Below are positions 43,577-55,105 of a DNA stretch of 64,000 nt, piece by piece. The notes under the pieces are model-generated. The model was not told the origin of the DNA. It did not search any database and was given only the letters and a program-made list of their open reading frames with translations. The stretch is from NCBI GenBank assembly GCA_946965045.2, contig OX337236.1, positions 3,100,001 through 3,164,000 of the forward strand. Reading direction: 5' to 3'. Source of the stretch: Epithemia pelagica (taxonomy: Eukaryota; Protista; Bacillariophyta). The stretch's first letter is position 1; every line of letters starts with the position of its first letter. The translations under genes were made by a program, and so were the position numbers.

Positions 43577-44610
43577 TGTGGAACAAATGAGTCGTGGAAT
43601 GGAAGGAAACCGACAGATCCTTGTTTCAGGTGTTGTCAGTTGGCGTATGTCACTGCCCGCTCGTTGGCTGTGGGTTCTCACGAGCGCGTGTTGGCACGGA
43701 TTTGGCGCATTCCACAAAGATGATCCTACTATGATGACGACGACAACAACAACTTGCTGGTTTGTGTTTCAAAGGGCTCACCGTCGTATCAACCACTCCT
43801 CCTTGTCTCGCTGCTCGCTGCTCTCTCGGGTTGATTGGACAAGCAGGACAGGAAAAAATGCAGGTCTATATATATATATATATATGTAGAGAGAGAGAGA
43901 GACCAAGGAATTCATAAATTATTTGTTTGGATCCGAGGGAAACCAAGATTCTCCGAACCGAGTGCCGCTGGAATCGACCAGTGATGATGATACTACTGGT
44001 ACTTCAAGATAAGTATGGGCGGCTCCTGCTCCAACAACAACAACGAGTGGATGGAACCGAACACGTCACAGTTCCCTGACGATAAAACCCACCCCAAACC
44101 TCAAGAAATTGTACTAAACTAGTTTCTGGAATTCCTCCCATTATATACTCTAGAAACAATTGCACCAGTCACTGTTGTTGGTTCACACACAACAAGAGAC
44201 TACCTACACTTTTGTCCTGACCGATAGTAAGTTGTTGGTGGTTGCGTGTTGAAATTGAAAGAATCTCTTCTGGTCAGTGTGTAATGCAGTCATTCGGCGA
44301 CCTATGGGCGGCGACGCTGTTTGGTCTTCCTGTTCATGGCGGACCCGGGACAAAATGTGACGAGGCGACGTAGTTTCGGGATACGAGTACTTTCAAACTG
44401 ACAAGGGGTCGCCCGGCGATCAAGTCATGGAACGAGTTTTTTTAAATGCGACGGGGCCTGTGTCACATTGGCATAGCTTTTTTCAGTTTCATTGTGAAAC
44501 AACGTGTACTCGGTCGAGCGCACCCCTCCTCGCTCCGGTCGCGCGAGCACGGACAACCATAGCACCGTTCCTCTCACCCTTTCCAAATTCCAAAATGCAA
44601 ACTAAAAACA
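43577..44610. repeat. Dispersed module X, copy 2
   Basis: Matches 41155-42060 and, from 43930, 56899-57590. Confidence 0.8.
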
Positions 44611-44713
44611 AAAAACTGAGAAAGAACAACACCATCCGATATCTTCTAGTAGGGACTGGACAACACCTTGTCTCGGTGTCGATCAAACCTCGATCCGGCT
44701 GCCTCAAGAAGCA

Positions 44714-46185
44714 TTGGTTCGAATCTTTGGAATTGGTCCGTGGATTTGGCAACGGTGGGCGTGTTTGCAATTGGAACTGGTTCTGCGGTTTTCGCAAGAT
44801 GGGCAAGAACAGCATCGGAATGATTTTGCCAATTTGGAAATTTGCAACTATGCCTTGGAACTCTGGACAGCCTGGTTGTATCACAAAAAGAATACCGCCT
44901 TTCGGGAATTGTACGAAACGGTCGGCCCCTCGGGTCAAGAAGAGTTGTTGCGACAAGTCATGGATCCATTTACCATGATGCATTCCGTGATTCATGACGA
45001 GGAACGTTGGGATTTCAAGGACAATGCCGACAGTATTTCCATTTTTTGCATACGGCCATGTTGGGAGCAGGATTTTTGGATGCCGCCATTGTGGTGATTT
45101 TGCAGGTATGTCAACAAGTTGTATAGTGTGAATCATCAAGGTGATCGATTATCTGTCGAACGCTAACCCGGACTGTATGTCCGTTGTGAACCATTCACAG
45201 GTGACCATGCCAATGATGCTCTATTTGCTCATGGTAGATTCGGACCAGCGTCGAGGAATGCCCATGGATCCAGAAGATCGACCACGTGGAACACGTTTGA
45301 TGCTGGCCTTGGTCTTGTTTTACTATGCATAGGTACCTGAAAGCTGGTGCCGTCGAAATGATCATGTCGCTGTTCATTCGTGGATGGGAAAATCATAGTA
45401 TTGATTCCTTTGTGGATCACTTTGCCGACTTTGTTGGGAGCGAACATATTGGCCACGAATACTTGGAGAATATCAAGGAACGACTGACAGAGATTGTTGA
45501 TCCCAAACGGAACCCGAACTTTCTCTACGTGAACAATACTTCACGCTATGATTGTCCTTCAGAATTAGACGAAGAGTTGTTGCCCTTGTCACAAAGAATC
45601 CGCTTTGATTTGGACGAATGTATGGGCACAAACGCTCCCGCGAAGCAAGCTCAATTTGGACCTTCCGGCATTGCCTTTGTTGCAAATCCACGAACTCCGC
45701 TCTTTCAAAAGCACGCCAAACTGCGATCATGGAGGCTTTGGAACCATGTATTGTTTGTTGCTCCTCCATTGAATCAGCGGCCTACTACAGACTTTCCGTG
45801 TCCTTCGACTGAAAAAGACGTGACAGATTTTCGTCGTTCACCTCGATCCAACCAACAGCTCGTGAACAAGTTTTTGAGTGATTCAGACTTCAGTCTCGAA
45901 GAAGAAAAAGAGATTGTCGTTGAAAAGGCATCGCCAGCTACTGTCTCCAATGTGTTTCCTTGGATTGATGGCACAAAGGGACCAATTGTACCACGTTCTT
46001 TTGAGTCCCCTTGTTGCATCAAACTGAATAGCTTTGCGTATCCATCATCGAGCGTGACGAGTCAACGTTATGTTGCGTATCGCAGTAAGAGCGCTCGTCC
46101 CTGGTCGCATATCCACCAGTTTAATACTTTGTCCAATTGGAAGGATCGAATTGCCCATTTGCTTGAAACAAAAAATTCCGGGTAA
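44714..46185 (+). pseudogene. Intron-containing hypothetical membrane-protein gene, copy 1 (internal deletion of about 395 bp)
   Basis: Closely matches 60042-61860 but lacks about 60607-61001 (TTACTATGCAT joins AGGTACCTG at about 45330). Confidence 0.7.
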
Positions 46186-46281
46186 GTGTGGTCAAGGCAT
46201 CCATTTGGGTTGCTTGCATGAAGTGGCGAACAGTCTCTGACTTGCCTCCTGGGTCTTCTTTCTATTGCATCGCAGACGACT

Positions 46282-46737
46282 ATGGAAGGTCTGTCGCTTC
46301 CTCTTTATCGTTATCACAGTCATGTCATTCGACACGTTTTGCCACCCGTCTTACATGACTTGATGGAAGCTTGCTGGTCCGACCACCCATTGGGTCGACC
46401 TCGCTTGAAAGAAATTTGTCAAGTACTGTATAAGCAGGTATTGCAGTTGAACCAAGTCTGTGACAAGGATCAATCGCAATCGCAACAAAGCGCCTCTGGC
46501 AAGGATTCTGGACAAGGCACTACCAGTGTTCGTTCCACTAACACGTGGCCCATGACCAACTTACGAACTTCCTTTCGTCGAACGACAGTGCCAATGGTGG
46601 CGGACCACCGAAAACAGCATCAAGCACACCTCGACGACCTTCGAATTGTAGGAGACGTATATATTTGTGGTTTCAACCAAACCCAGTTTTTTTCCAAGAT
46701 TTATCCCGAATTTGAATTCTTCGAAACGATTGTGTGA
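46282..46737 (+). other. Chimeric ORF: protein-kinase C-lobe fragment fused to a GT10 fragment
   Basis: LPPVLHDLMEACWSDHPLGRPRLKEI (kinase subdomain XI-like), then VYICGFNQTQFFSKIYPEFEFFETI. 46655-46731 is an inverted near-copy of 39111-39187. Confidence 0.65.
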
Positions 46738-46749
46738 TGCTGCATCATC

Positions 46750-47135
46750 CATTTCTATAAGACCCCGATCCAACTCTCTACCGTCTACAATATAATAATA
46801 ATAGAAAACAGCATAGTGTGTGTGCGTGTGTGACATCATGGTGTATTTTAAACGAGAGAATGAATAAAAAGAGAGAGAGAACCGGAAGTAGTAGTTTGGT
46901 GTCAACTACCATAAAGAGGGGAAACACGACAACAACCACAACAGTGGGTGAGAAATATTATATAGATCCAACCAAACCATGGGTCCGTCGCGTGTCTTGT
47001 TGTTGTCGTTGTCGTCGTCCTTGTTGTTGTTGATGGGTTACTACATTTGCATGGGTCGCCTACCCGTTGTGGTTGTTGGGATGGTGGTGGTTGTGGTCCA
47101 TCCAATTGCAATCCAATGCCTCGAGCTCCATCCTT
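46750..47135 (-). repeat. Kinase 3' tail copy fused behind kelch C
   Basis: Reverse complement of 36900-37330. Confidence 0.85.
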
Positions 47136-47240
47136 GGCCCTTAGTGACATGATCCTCGAAAAGGCTCAAATTTCATGACTGTTGGAGAGTACAATTTCCA
47201 TTCTATTGCTCTCTCCGTTTGTGACGTATCATGCAACATG

Positions 47241-48455
47241 TCAAGTGCACTCCTCCTCTTTACAACCATGACATGTATTGGTCCTGACTCGTTTACGAAT
47301 GCATGTCGAGATAGAGCAGGATGTTGCATTCACATCTCGGTTACCCATTCCTTCTCGGAACTGGTACCATTCGTTTGGATGCTGCTCACAGAGTCGACGA
47401 AAACACCACGAATTCTTGTCCAGTAGCGGTAATGTCGCACAGGGAGGTTTGAATCCACCACCAATCACGGCAACTTGATTGGCAGCAGTCACCATAGTGC
47501 AGCCATGGCGGTTATTAGTGAATGGTGGGAGATTCCACATGCGGTTGCGGTGCGTATCCAAAACTTCCACAGCTGAATTGTACCATGCTCCCGCCACCAC
47601 CAGACAAGATCCCACGGCAACCATCGCACAAGAAATTCGTGCATTGGAAAGCACCAATTCAGAGTGAGTGGTCCAAGCGGACAAGAAGGGAATGACTGTA
47701 GCAGCCATTTCCTCCTGTGTCTTCTGATTACCACAAGGCATTGCAAAGTCAATGTACTCCACCGAGTCAAGATTGCCATGCTTGTTACGACCTCCAACGA
47801 CAAAGATGCGGTGTCCAATGACCACACTGGCACACCATGCTCGTGGAACAGTCATGCTTGGTCCCGCAGTGACAGTGTGGTTACTGGTATCAAAAATATC
47901 CACCGACGACAAATAACGATCATTGTAGCCACCCATTACAATGATGTATCGGTTCTGCACCGCAACAGCACAACATCCTGATCGTCGCATTGATAATCGA
48001 CACTTTAATGTCGTCCAATGACTCTCAGGTGTGCTGCTTGTTGTCGAAGATGATTGCAGCACATCATTGGCATCAATTTGTTCGATACAATCCAAAAATG
48101 CTCCATTGTATCCTCCCATCACGTAGACACTTCCATTGCACACAACAGCAGCATGTCCTCGACGACTCTTGTTCATTGATGGCCCTTCTCGCCAGTGCTT
48201 GCTGGGGTCTGCTAGATTCAATGCAAGAACGGAGTTGACACATTCTTGGCCTTGTTGACATCCACCCATCACTACGACGGTTTGTCCCTTGTGGTTGTTA
48301 TTGTCGTCGTTATCGGAATGATTTAGTACGACTGAGGCATGATGCTCGCGCCATCCACCCTCAAGAGGAGGCCAATCGTTGTCATTCCATTCTGGTGTCT
48401 CGTCTAACAGGACAAGGCCCGACTGCCATGCTTGTTCTTTCAGTGTCATGCTCAT
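47241..48455 (-). CDS. Kelch-repeat protein copy C (intact, 404 aa)
   Basis: Uninterrupted ATG-started ORF with about 6 kelch repeats and no recognisable BTB or F-box domain. Confidence 0.88.
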   Translation of the reverse strand: MSMTLKEQAWQSGLVLLDETPEWNDNDWPPLEGGWREHHASVVLNHSDNDDNNNHKGQTVVVMGGCQQGQECVNSVLALNLADPSKHWREGPSMNKSRRGHAAVVCNGSVYVMGGYNGAFLDCIEQIDANDVLQSSSTTSSTPESHWTTLKCRLSMRRSGCCAVAVQNRYIIVMGGYNDRYLSSVDIFDTSNHTVTAGPSMTVPRAWCASVVIGHRIFVVGGRNKHGNLDSVEYIDFAMPCGNQKTQEEMAATVIPFLSAWTTHSELVLSNARISCAMVAVGSCLVVAGAWYNSAVEVLDTHRNRMWNLPPFTNNRHGCTMVTAANQVAVIGGGFKPPCATLPLLDKNSWCFRRLCEQHPNEWYQFREGMGNRDVNATSCSISTCIRKRVRTNTCHGCKEEECT

Positions 48456-48939
48456 GGTTTTGACTGCAGAATTTATGAGGATCGCGAGAGACTAATGCAG
48501 AGATTGCAAATATTGCAATGCGTTTTTGAGGCTACTGGGATTGCTGATGGGTACGGACTGTGTCGCATGGGGTGAGCCATCAGAGTATAGTGTCTGTCCA
48601 CGCTTTCCAGACTGCGTTCGTATGAACGGGACGGGTGGGCCGTAAGGCTTGGGGTCTGGGGTGGGAATTTCCAGAAAGACTAGCTGTACCGCAAACGCAC
48701 GGACAATAGAGTCAAAAGTACAATTGATAAAATATGGCGGTTGGTGAAACGGTTATTTTAATGGTGAGTCACGCTGATTGGGAGGTGCACCTCCAACCGT
48801 GTAAAATCTGAGTGGCGACTCACCCTTGACGTATCGTTAGTAATGTAAGACTCCCAACCATCAATCTATGACCTCTACAAGACATTTTTGTGTCGAAGCC
48901 TATAATTTGACGTTGAATGACGTTACGAGCTCCCGGCTC

Positions 48940-49310
48940 ACGATCGCACCGCATAGTACCACCATCACCATGAACTGTAAAGCCGCTGTGCACCTGCAAC
49001 GAAAGGTGCTAGCACTCCTCCGACCATCAAGCATGCCTCAGAATGGAGTGTACCGTGAAGGTTGAAAAGGGCGGCGATGAGTTGGATAGTTTGATCGAGC
49101 TACAACTACATTTGCAATGTCTTCCAGTTTCATGAGGGAAAGTCGTGACAAGAATATCAACATTGGAGACGGATAACGATGGAAAGATCAAGATCACAAC
49201 GGGGAAACGACGGAGAAAGATTCAATTCGGGTCAAGGAATGATGGACGACCCGGAAATTGAAACGCGGCAATCAGACGGGTGATTTTGAAGCATCAAGGA
49301 AGTATCTGTC
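48940..49310. repeat. Diverged repeat Z, copy 1
   Basis: CAACGAAAGGT.CTAGCACTCCTCCGACCATCAAG, GTGTACCGTGA and GAAAAGGGCGGC are shared with 63290-63660. Confidence 0.75.
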
Positions 49311-51481
49311 AAAAGACGACGACACGGCTTCTGTTTTCTGTTGTCGGCGACAATGGTAGTGGTACTGCGGCTGCTCCGAGTGGAAGAAGGAGTGGAGGCC
49401 GTGGAGCTGTGGTGGCAGTCGAAGATCGCGTGGTCGTTCTTCTCCTTCCGCCTTGCGACAAACGTTGAGTCACACAGCGTCGTTATTGACGAGCGGCCAC
49501 AACGACCACGACTGGACGAAAAATGGTCGTGCCCGAGGCTGTGCCCAATATACGAATGCAACAATCATCTCCAAAATCGGAAACAAGCGGAGACAACGAA
49601 AACAACAACACCATACTCAACAATCCACTCCTCGTTTCGGCAGAACGAAACAACCGCAACAACAACATCACACTCAACAATTGACAACTAGACGTAAGCT
49701 ATCCAAACGAGCAACATGCAGCGACAACAGCACCCAAAGCAACAATCCACTCCTAGTCTCGTCCGAACGGCAACAACACCCAACGCAATCCAAACGCAAC
49801 AATCAAAAGCTGACAACAAGAGATGAGGATGGAGGAACATGGACCAACCAACGCAGCAATCAACCTCTTTGACAAGCAGCGACAACGACAACTAGCAACG
49901 ACAAGGAGGAGCAACAAGACCAAAAGAAATAACTCAACGAAACAAAGGCAATGGGAACAAACGCAACAAACCCCGTAATCCAACCCACCAACCAAGACAA
50001 AGAGAGCACCGATCAACGACTCATCGAAGAGCTCTAATCAGCAACCAATAAGTCACAACAATCAACAACTGGTAAGAAAGCACCACCGCAAAAGAAAGTC
50101 GTCCTGTGAACAATACTTTACGAGTAAGACGATGCACAAATAAGCTCCTAGTCTAGACTTCTTATGGTCTTGTTACACTCAAAGAAGAGACAGTCTGCAC
50201 AATTCGAACAAGTATGATACTTTTTCTAGGGGAACATTAAGCATCATGGCGGATGGACCGAGTACGAGTATCCATGAGACGAGACGTGTGGACGTGGGGC
50301 AATTCATTTTACTTTAGGAAAGTGTATGTTGTAGTGAATCTCGTATGGCTACGTAGGAGTATCAAATATCAAAGGGTCTGGGAGGCTCGCTACTGCAGCC
50401 AGAATGAAAATAATATGAACGAAAGTAAAAAGGAGAAAGTAAGTAACAATGAACTACGGTCAACAAGACAGAATAAGATGAGAAAGTACTCGTCTACTGC
50501 AGGTCGATAGCAGAATCCGTGTTGACCATAATGGTGGAAAAGGAAAAAACACAAACAGCATCCGTATACTTGACAGTGGAATGTTGCCGCTCTGTTGTCT
50601 GTACAGCTCACTGGACGAGGATTCCATGAAGCGCTCAATACATTGTGCTCCTCCAAGGAGACGGAACCAAGACAAGAAGAAGCGCAGAGCGGCTGGAAAG
50701 TTCAGGTCCATACAGTCATACATTTCGGTAGAGGGAAAATTTTCATTGAAAAGTTGAGCGACTTGAACCAGGGCATTCTCTCGTTGTCGACGCTGATGCG
50801 GGGTAATTGTGCTACGGATCCTGTCACCGACTGATTTTGAATGCCCATATCGGCCATGGAGTTCATCATGAAGGAATCCATCATCGTCACACTATGATCC
50901 ATGGACGCCAAACCCAGCTCTCGCAAAAGGTCGGCATGGACGCGTCGAGAAATGGAGTTGAGAATTCTACACAAGGCCTCGAGAGCCAACTTGTTGAGTT
51001 GCATAATGGTGAACCTGAAAGCTAAAACCAGTGGGTCAGAAACGTTTCGAGATTGTTCCTCTATAGGACTCTTTCACATAGCATCCCGACAAAGAGAAAA
51101 AGTCTTTTTCGTCAGTTCAGATTGCATTTCTACTCTTTGTGTTTCAGTTGTTATTCATGACTGTAAGATCATTTCTGCAGTTTTCCTCCTTAAGGGTGTG
51201 TAGCCAAACACGGCAAAATCGTCTGCATACACTTGTTGAATCAAAAGTTTTGTAGGGGGGTCAACAAAGACGCGGAAAGACGTGGTCGATCTTGTCTTGT
51301 TATGGAAATATTTTTCTGTGTTGGTGGTTTGGTCAAGGTAATCGTCGTCAAGTTATAGCCATTCATGAGACGTGGCAAATCCGAGCGTTGCCCCGGGTCC
51401 TTGGTTGTTAGATGAATGCGAGCCGTTTGAATGTTGTGACGCAAGGAGTCCCCGTTGGTTGCGACAGTTGGCTCTCCTTGT

Positions 51482-52250
51482 TCACGGCTGGTTCAGTAAC
51501 GTTGGTGGTCCGCGTGTCATTTGTAACGCCAGGGACAATGGAAAGATAAAGTGACTTTGAGGAATGAAATGGCCATCGTCTGTCCTGCACTTTTCCGGAA
51601 CTCGGGGCCTAGATGTACGACCAAGTGGTACAACCTGTATGGAATGGTTGGTGCTTTCTTGTGTGATTGGAAGACTGGTTGCGCAGCTCTTTCCTCCTCC
51701 GCTCCAGTCAGCAGGGGACGTGGTGATTGTGGTTCTTTGAGTTTCTGTGTGCAGAGTCTGCAGGAATCCTTCCTTTTGATAGGGGGTCAATCGCCGTTGC
51801 AACCACCCATTCAAGGCCCTTCGGAGATCTGACTCGGAAGCATTCGTCAGTTTCCTTCCATTGCGCAAGTCTCGTCGGCGCATGTAGTTGAATTCACTAA
51901 CCATGCGGTCGTACGGATGCCGTACGACGGCAAACAAGGCAGATTGGTCGTAAAATGATCCAGGAAAGAGGAACTGGATCGTCGTGTTGTTGTTGCTGTT
52001 GTTTGAAAGTTGCTTGTCGGTTGTGTTCCGAAAGAAACTTGGAGGGATATGCCAAGACATCTTAACACCCATTTGCCTGTAGTAGTACTCGTGTTGCTGC
52101 TACTTCGAGGTGTCAAAAGACTTTGTTTGACAAGGGATAGGGCAATGGTTGGTTGAGAAATCGCGCCCGAACACTTCTGCTTTAGGGGCGACAATTTCCG
52201 ATGCGTGTCTTGATGATTCTTCTCAGGCAAATTTAACCACTGTTCACGAA
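51482..52250 (-). pseudogene. Sulfotransferase-family (Sulfotransfer_2-like) degraded gene
   Basis: WHIPP...FAVVRHPYDRMVSEFNY...DGHFIPQSHFI. No intact N-terminal HIPK-type motif found in frame. Confidence 0.6.
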
Positions 52251-53012
52251 TCTCCTTCTCCATGCAATTGTTGGTCGTCGCTTTCTTGTTCTGAGTGTTG
52301 TGGCAGAAGCGTTCTGTGACAAAGTCCACCAGTTCCCGACTGCGGTGTATAGAATCATGCCGATCAGAGTGATTCGAATGGGTTTGGGGATCGTACTACC
52401 CTGGAGCCGGCCTATCTTATTCCTTCCACCACGATAACAATACGACAACACGACAATCAAACTTTGTTGTTGCTGGTGACCTCCAACGGCCACCCCATCA
52501 TGATCCGACCATCACATGCTTCATATTGGTACCACGGGAGTGCATTGTGAGGGGCACAGTACATGCGGGCCATTCGATGTAATGACCAGTTCGGTGACGC
52601 TGTCATAGGCACACAGGAGACCATGATGGCGTGAAAATACATGAGAGTTGCTGTTTTGTTATCAATGCACTGTGTAACTACTACTGTGGCGTGTATTGTG
52701 TATCAATAGGTGTCCAAACAATGCAAGATAAGAGCCATATTGTCCTTTTGAGTTGCTTCGTTCGAAATGGTGAGACGTCGCTTCCGTACCTGTGCCACAG
52801 GCATGGAGCCTATGAGAAGAAATTTTTGCATAAGTTAATATGAAGTTAAGATAAAGTTTAGTTTTTGAAGCTTAGGTGGCTTTGATTCGGACGTGTCTGT
52901 CTGATGTCTCTGTGTGTGTCTGTGTGTGTGTGTGTTTTCGTTGCAAATTTTTACCATAAGAACCATCTTACCGGTAAAAAAGAAAAGAAACAACCCTGGA
53001 ATTGCTAATACG

Positions 53013-54467
53013 ATGTGCTCGTCTGTCGACTCCAGCGCTCCTATTCTCAAGTCAGACGGAATATATTTGAAGGGTGACCATCTCCGGAGATCTGATATTG
53101 TGGATAACATAATTCACGTGGCCCGTACGCGACAGCATGTGATTGTGGGTTCCCCTCCTGCCACCGGTAAAACAGCCCTCCTCCAACTCGTGGAACAGAA
53201 GCTCCGAGGCATTTCTGGGTCGACCGTTCATCGTCTCCACCTCAAAGATAGAGGTCCCGACAACCTTTTCTTACGTCTCACCAACAAAGGCATTAAGGAA
53301 GATAGCCTGACCGCGCTCGAGAAGTGCTGGTTGATTCTTGACGACGCTCAGAACGTGTACGATGACGTGTACGACGCCTTCTGGCAGTTCGTTGTCAAAG
53401 ATATTGGAAGCGCTTCCGTCGAGGATAATCTCTCGGTGATTATTGCAGCAACGTATGACTACGGAACGACGAGGTCTCCCGTGCAATTCAAAGATCTCCC
53501 ACATGTCCATGGCAACATTTCTTTGGAGGAAGCCAATGAGCTTTTCTCTATGCATACGATAGTTTGGGGGTATCAAGGGTGGAAGAAGTATTCTGAAGCG
53601 CTGCTTGCCATCAGCAGACTTGATTCTGGAGAATATCACATTGGAGTTATCATCGGCGGGATTCGCCTCCTGGAGGAATCAAGAAAGAGACCTGGTCGTG
53701 TCGTTTTTGACGAGGCCATTGCACTCTCGTTACTTCGTTCGGGTGTGTTTATTGACAAGTTGGACAGATGCTTCCAGCTCTCCGCCAGTCTTCCATTGGC
53801 GTCGCATGATATTATTCTGGATGTGCTGCTGAATGAAGAGGATGGCGAGCTTCCAGAGAACGCCACTTTAGATGGGCTTGTTCGAATGGGTATCCTAACC
53901 ACAAAGGGGAAATTTTCATGTCTCGCAGCCAACTGGTACTACAATCGACGGTGCTTCCCAACCCGGGCAATGACTTCCCCAGAAACACTGGATGATCTAG
54001 TCAAACGTGCAGTCTGCTCCATGTCAGCCAAGAGATTACGCGACACTCTTCAAGATGGCTTTCCTAAGGAAGCAACATTTCAACATCTGTTCAATGAGGG
54101 GCTCTCCTTACACCTACCCATAAACAACTATATCATCCCAGAATTGAACACATCTGCGACTGATGCGAGCGGAAACATTGTAACTGGGGAGCTAGACTTC
54201 TACGTCAATGGTTCCCTACAGTGGTGTTTGGAACTTTTGCGAAACGGCGACAAGGTTCGAGAGCATTTGGACCGTTTTGGTAGCAACGATGGCAAGTACC
54301 GCGAGGTCGCAGCCAATGATTCCTTGGTGGTTGATTGTCGTGGACCAAAGACCCGAGCAGTCACTGCCGATGAATCAAGGTGCACCCTTTACTTTTCACC
54401 AGATTTCACTTCGTGCGTCTGCAAAATGCGCCTCGAGAAAGAGACCACTCTGTCTCTAGCACCTTAA
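53013..54467 (+). CDS. Crinkler/CR-effector-type P-loop NTPase plus PD-(D/E)xK-like restriction endonuclease protein (484 aa, intronless)
   Basis: Walker A GSPPATGKT, Walker B WLILDDAQ. C-terminal EATFQHLF..IIPE..GELDFYVNGSLQWCLELLRNG..EHLDRF..GKY..VVDCRG resembles, from recall, CRN C-terminal nuclease domains. First ATG at 53013. Confidence 0.75.
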   Translation: MCSSVDSSAPILKSDGIYLKGDHLRRSDIVDNIIHVARTRQHVIVGSPPATGKTALLQLVEQKLRGISGSTVHRLHLKDRGPDNLFLRLTNKGIKEDSLTALEKCWLILDDAQNVYDDVYDAFWQFVVKDIGSASVEDNLSVIIAATYDYGTTRSPVQFKDLPHVHGNISLEEANELFSMHTIVWGYQGWKKYSEALLAISRLDSGEYHIGVIIGGIRLLEESRKRPGRVVFDEAIALSLLRSGVFIDKLDRCFQLSASLPLASHDIILDVLLNEEDGELPENATLDGLVRMGILTTKGKFSCLAANWYYNRRCFPTRAMTSPETLDDLVKRAVCSMSAKRLRDTLQDGFPKEATFQHLFNEGLSLHLPINNYIIPELNTSATDASGNIVTGELDFYVNGSLQWCLELLRNGDKVREHLDRFGSNDGKYREVAANDSLVVDCRGPKTRAVTADESRCTLYFSPDFTSCVCKMRLEKETTLSLAP

Positions 54468-54534
54468 ACCTGAAAGCGGGTGACTGAAGGTTCCTCTATC
54501 AGTCCTGGGAACCTCGTGGCGTCTCCATGATGAG

Positions 54535-54709
54535 TGCTGTGGAACGAATGAATCGGTCGGTACTCTCTACTCCGGTGGTTTGGTTTGTCCCGTGTGGGGT
54601 GGGAACGCTTGCGCCGGTTGTGCGATACTCCTTCATCCATTTCTAGCTAGAAAATATCCCGATCCAACTCTCTACCGCCTACAATATCCTAAATAACAAA
54701 GCAGCATAA

Positions 54710-54761
<52 letters not shown>

Positions 54762-54880
54762 CATCATGGTGTATTTTGAACGAGAGAATGAATAAAGAGA
54801 GAGAGAGAGAACCGGTAGTCGTAGTAGTTTGGTGACAACTACCATAAAAGGGAACACACGACAACCACAACCAATGGGTG
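54535..54880 (-). repeat. Kinase 3' flank module fused behind kelch D
   Basis: Reverse complement of about 37130-37445. Confidence 0.8.
54713..54760. repeat. (TG)24 microsatellite
   Basis: Perfect run; much shorter at the paralogous sites near 37270 and 46820. Confidence 0.95.
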
Positions 54881-55105
54881 AAATAGAGAGATCCAACACA
54901 AGCCTCATGTCAACTGTTGGAGAGTACAATTTCCATTGTATTGCTCTCTCAGTTTGTGCTCTCTCAGTTTGTGACGTATCATGCAACATGTTGCACTTTA
55001 AGTGCACTCCTCCTCTCTACCACCATGACATGTATTGGTCCTGACTCGTTTACGAATGCATGTTAAGATAGAGCAGGATGTGGCATTCACATCTCGGCTA
55101 CCCAT

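Noticed and set aside
49320-51250. CAA-rich tract and short minus-strand ORFs (50460-51004) as gag or transposase remains
   Set aside because: No diagnostic motifs; in-frame stops; composition alone explains the CAA-rich part.
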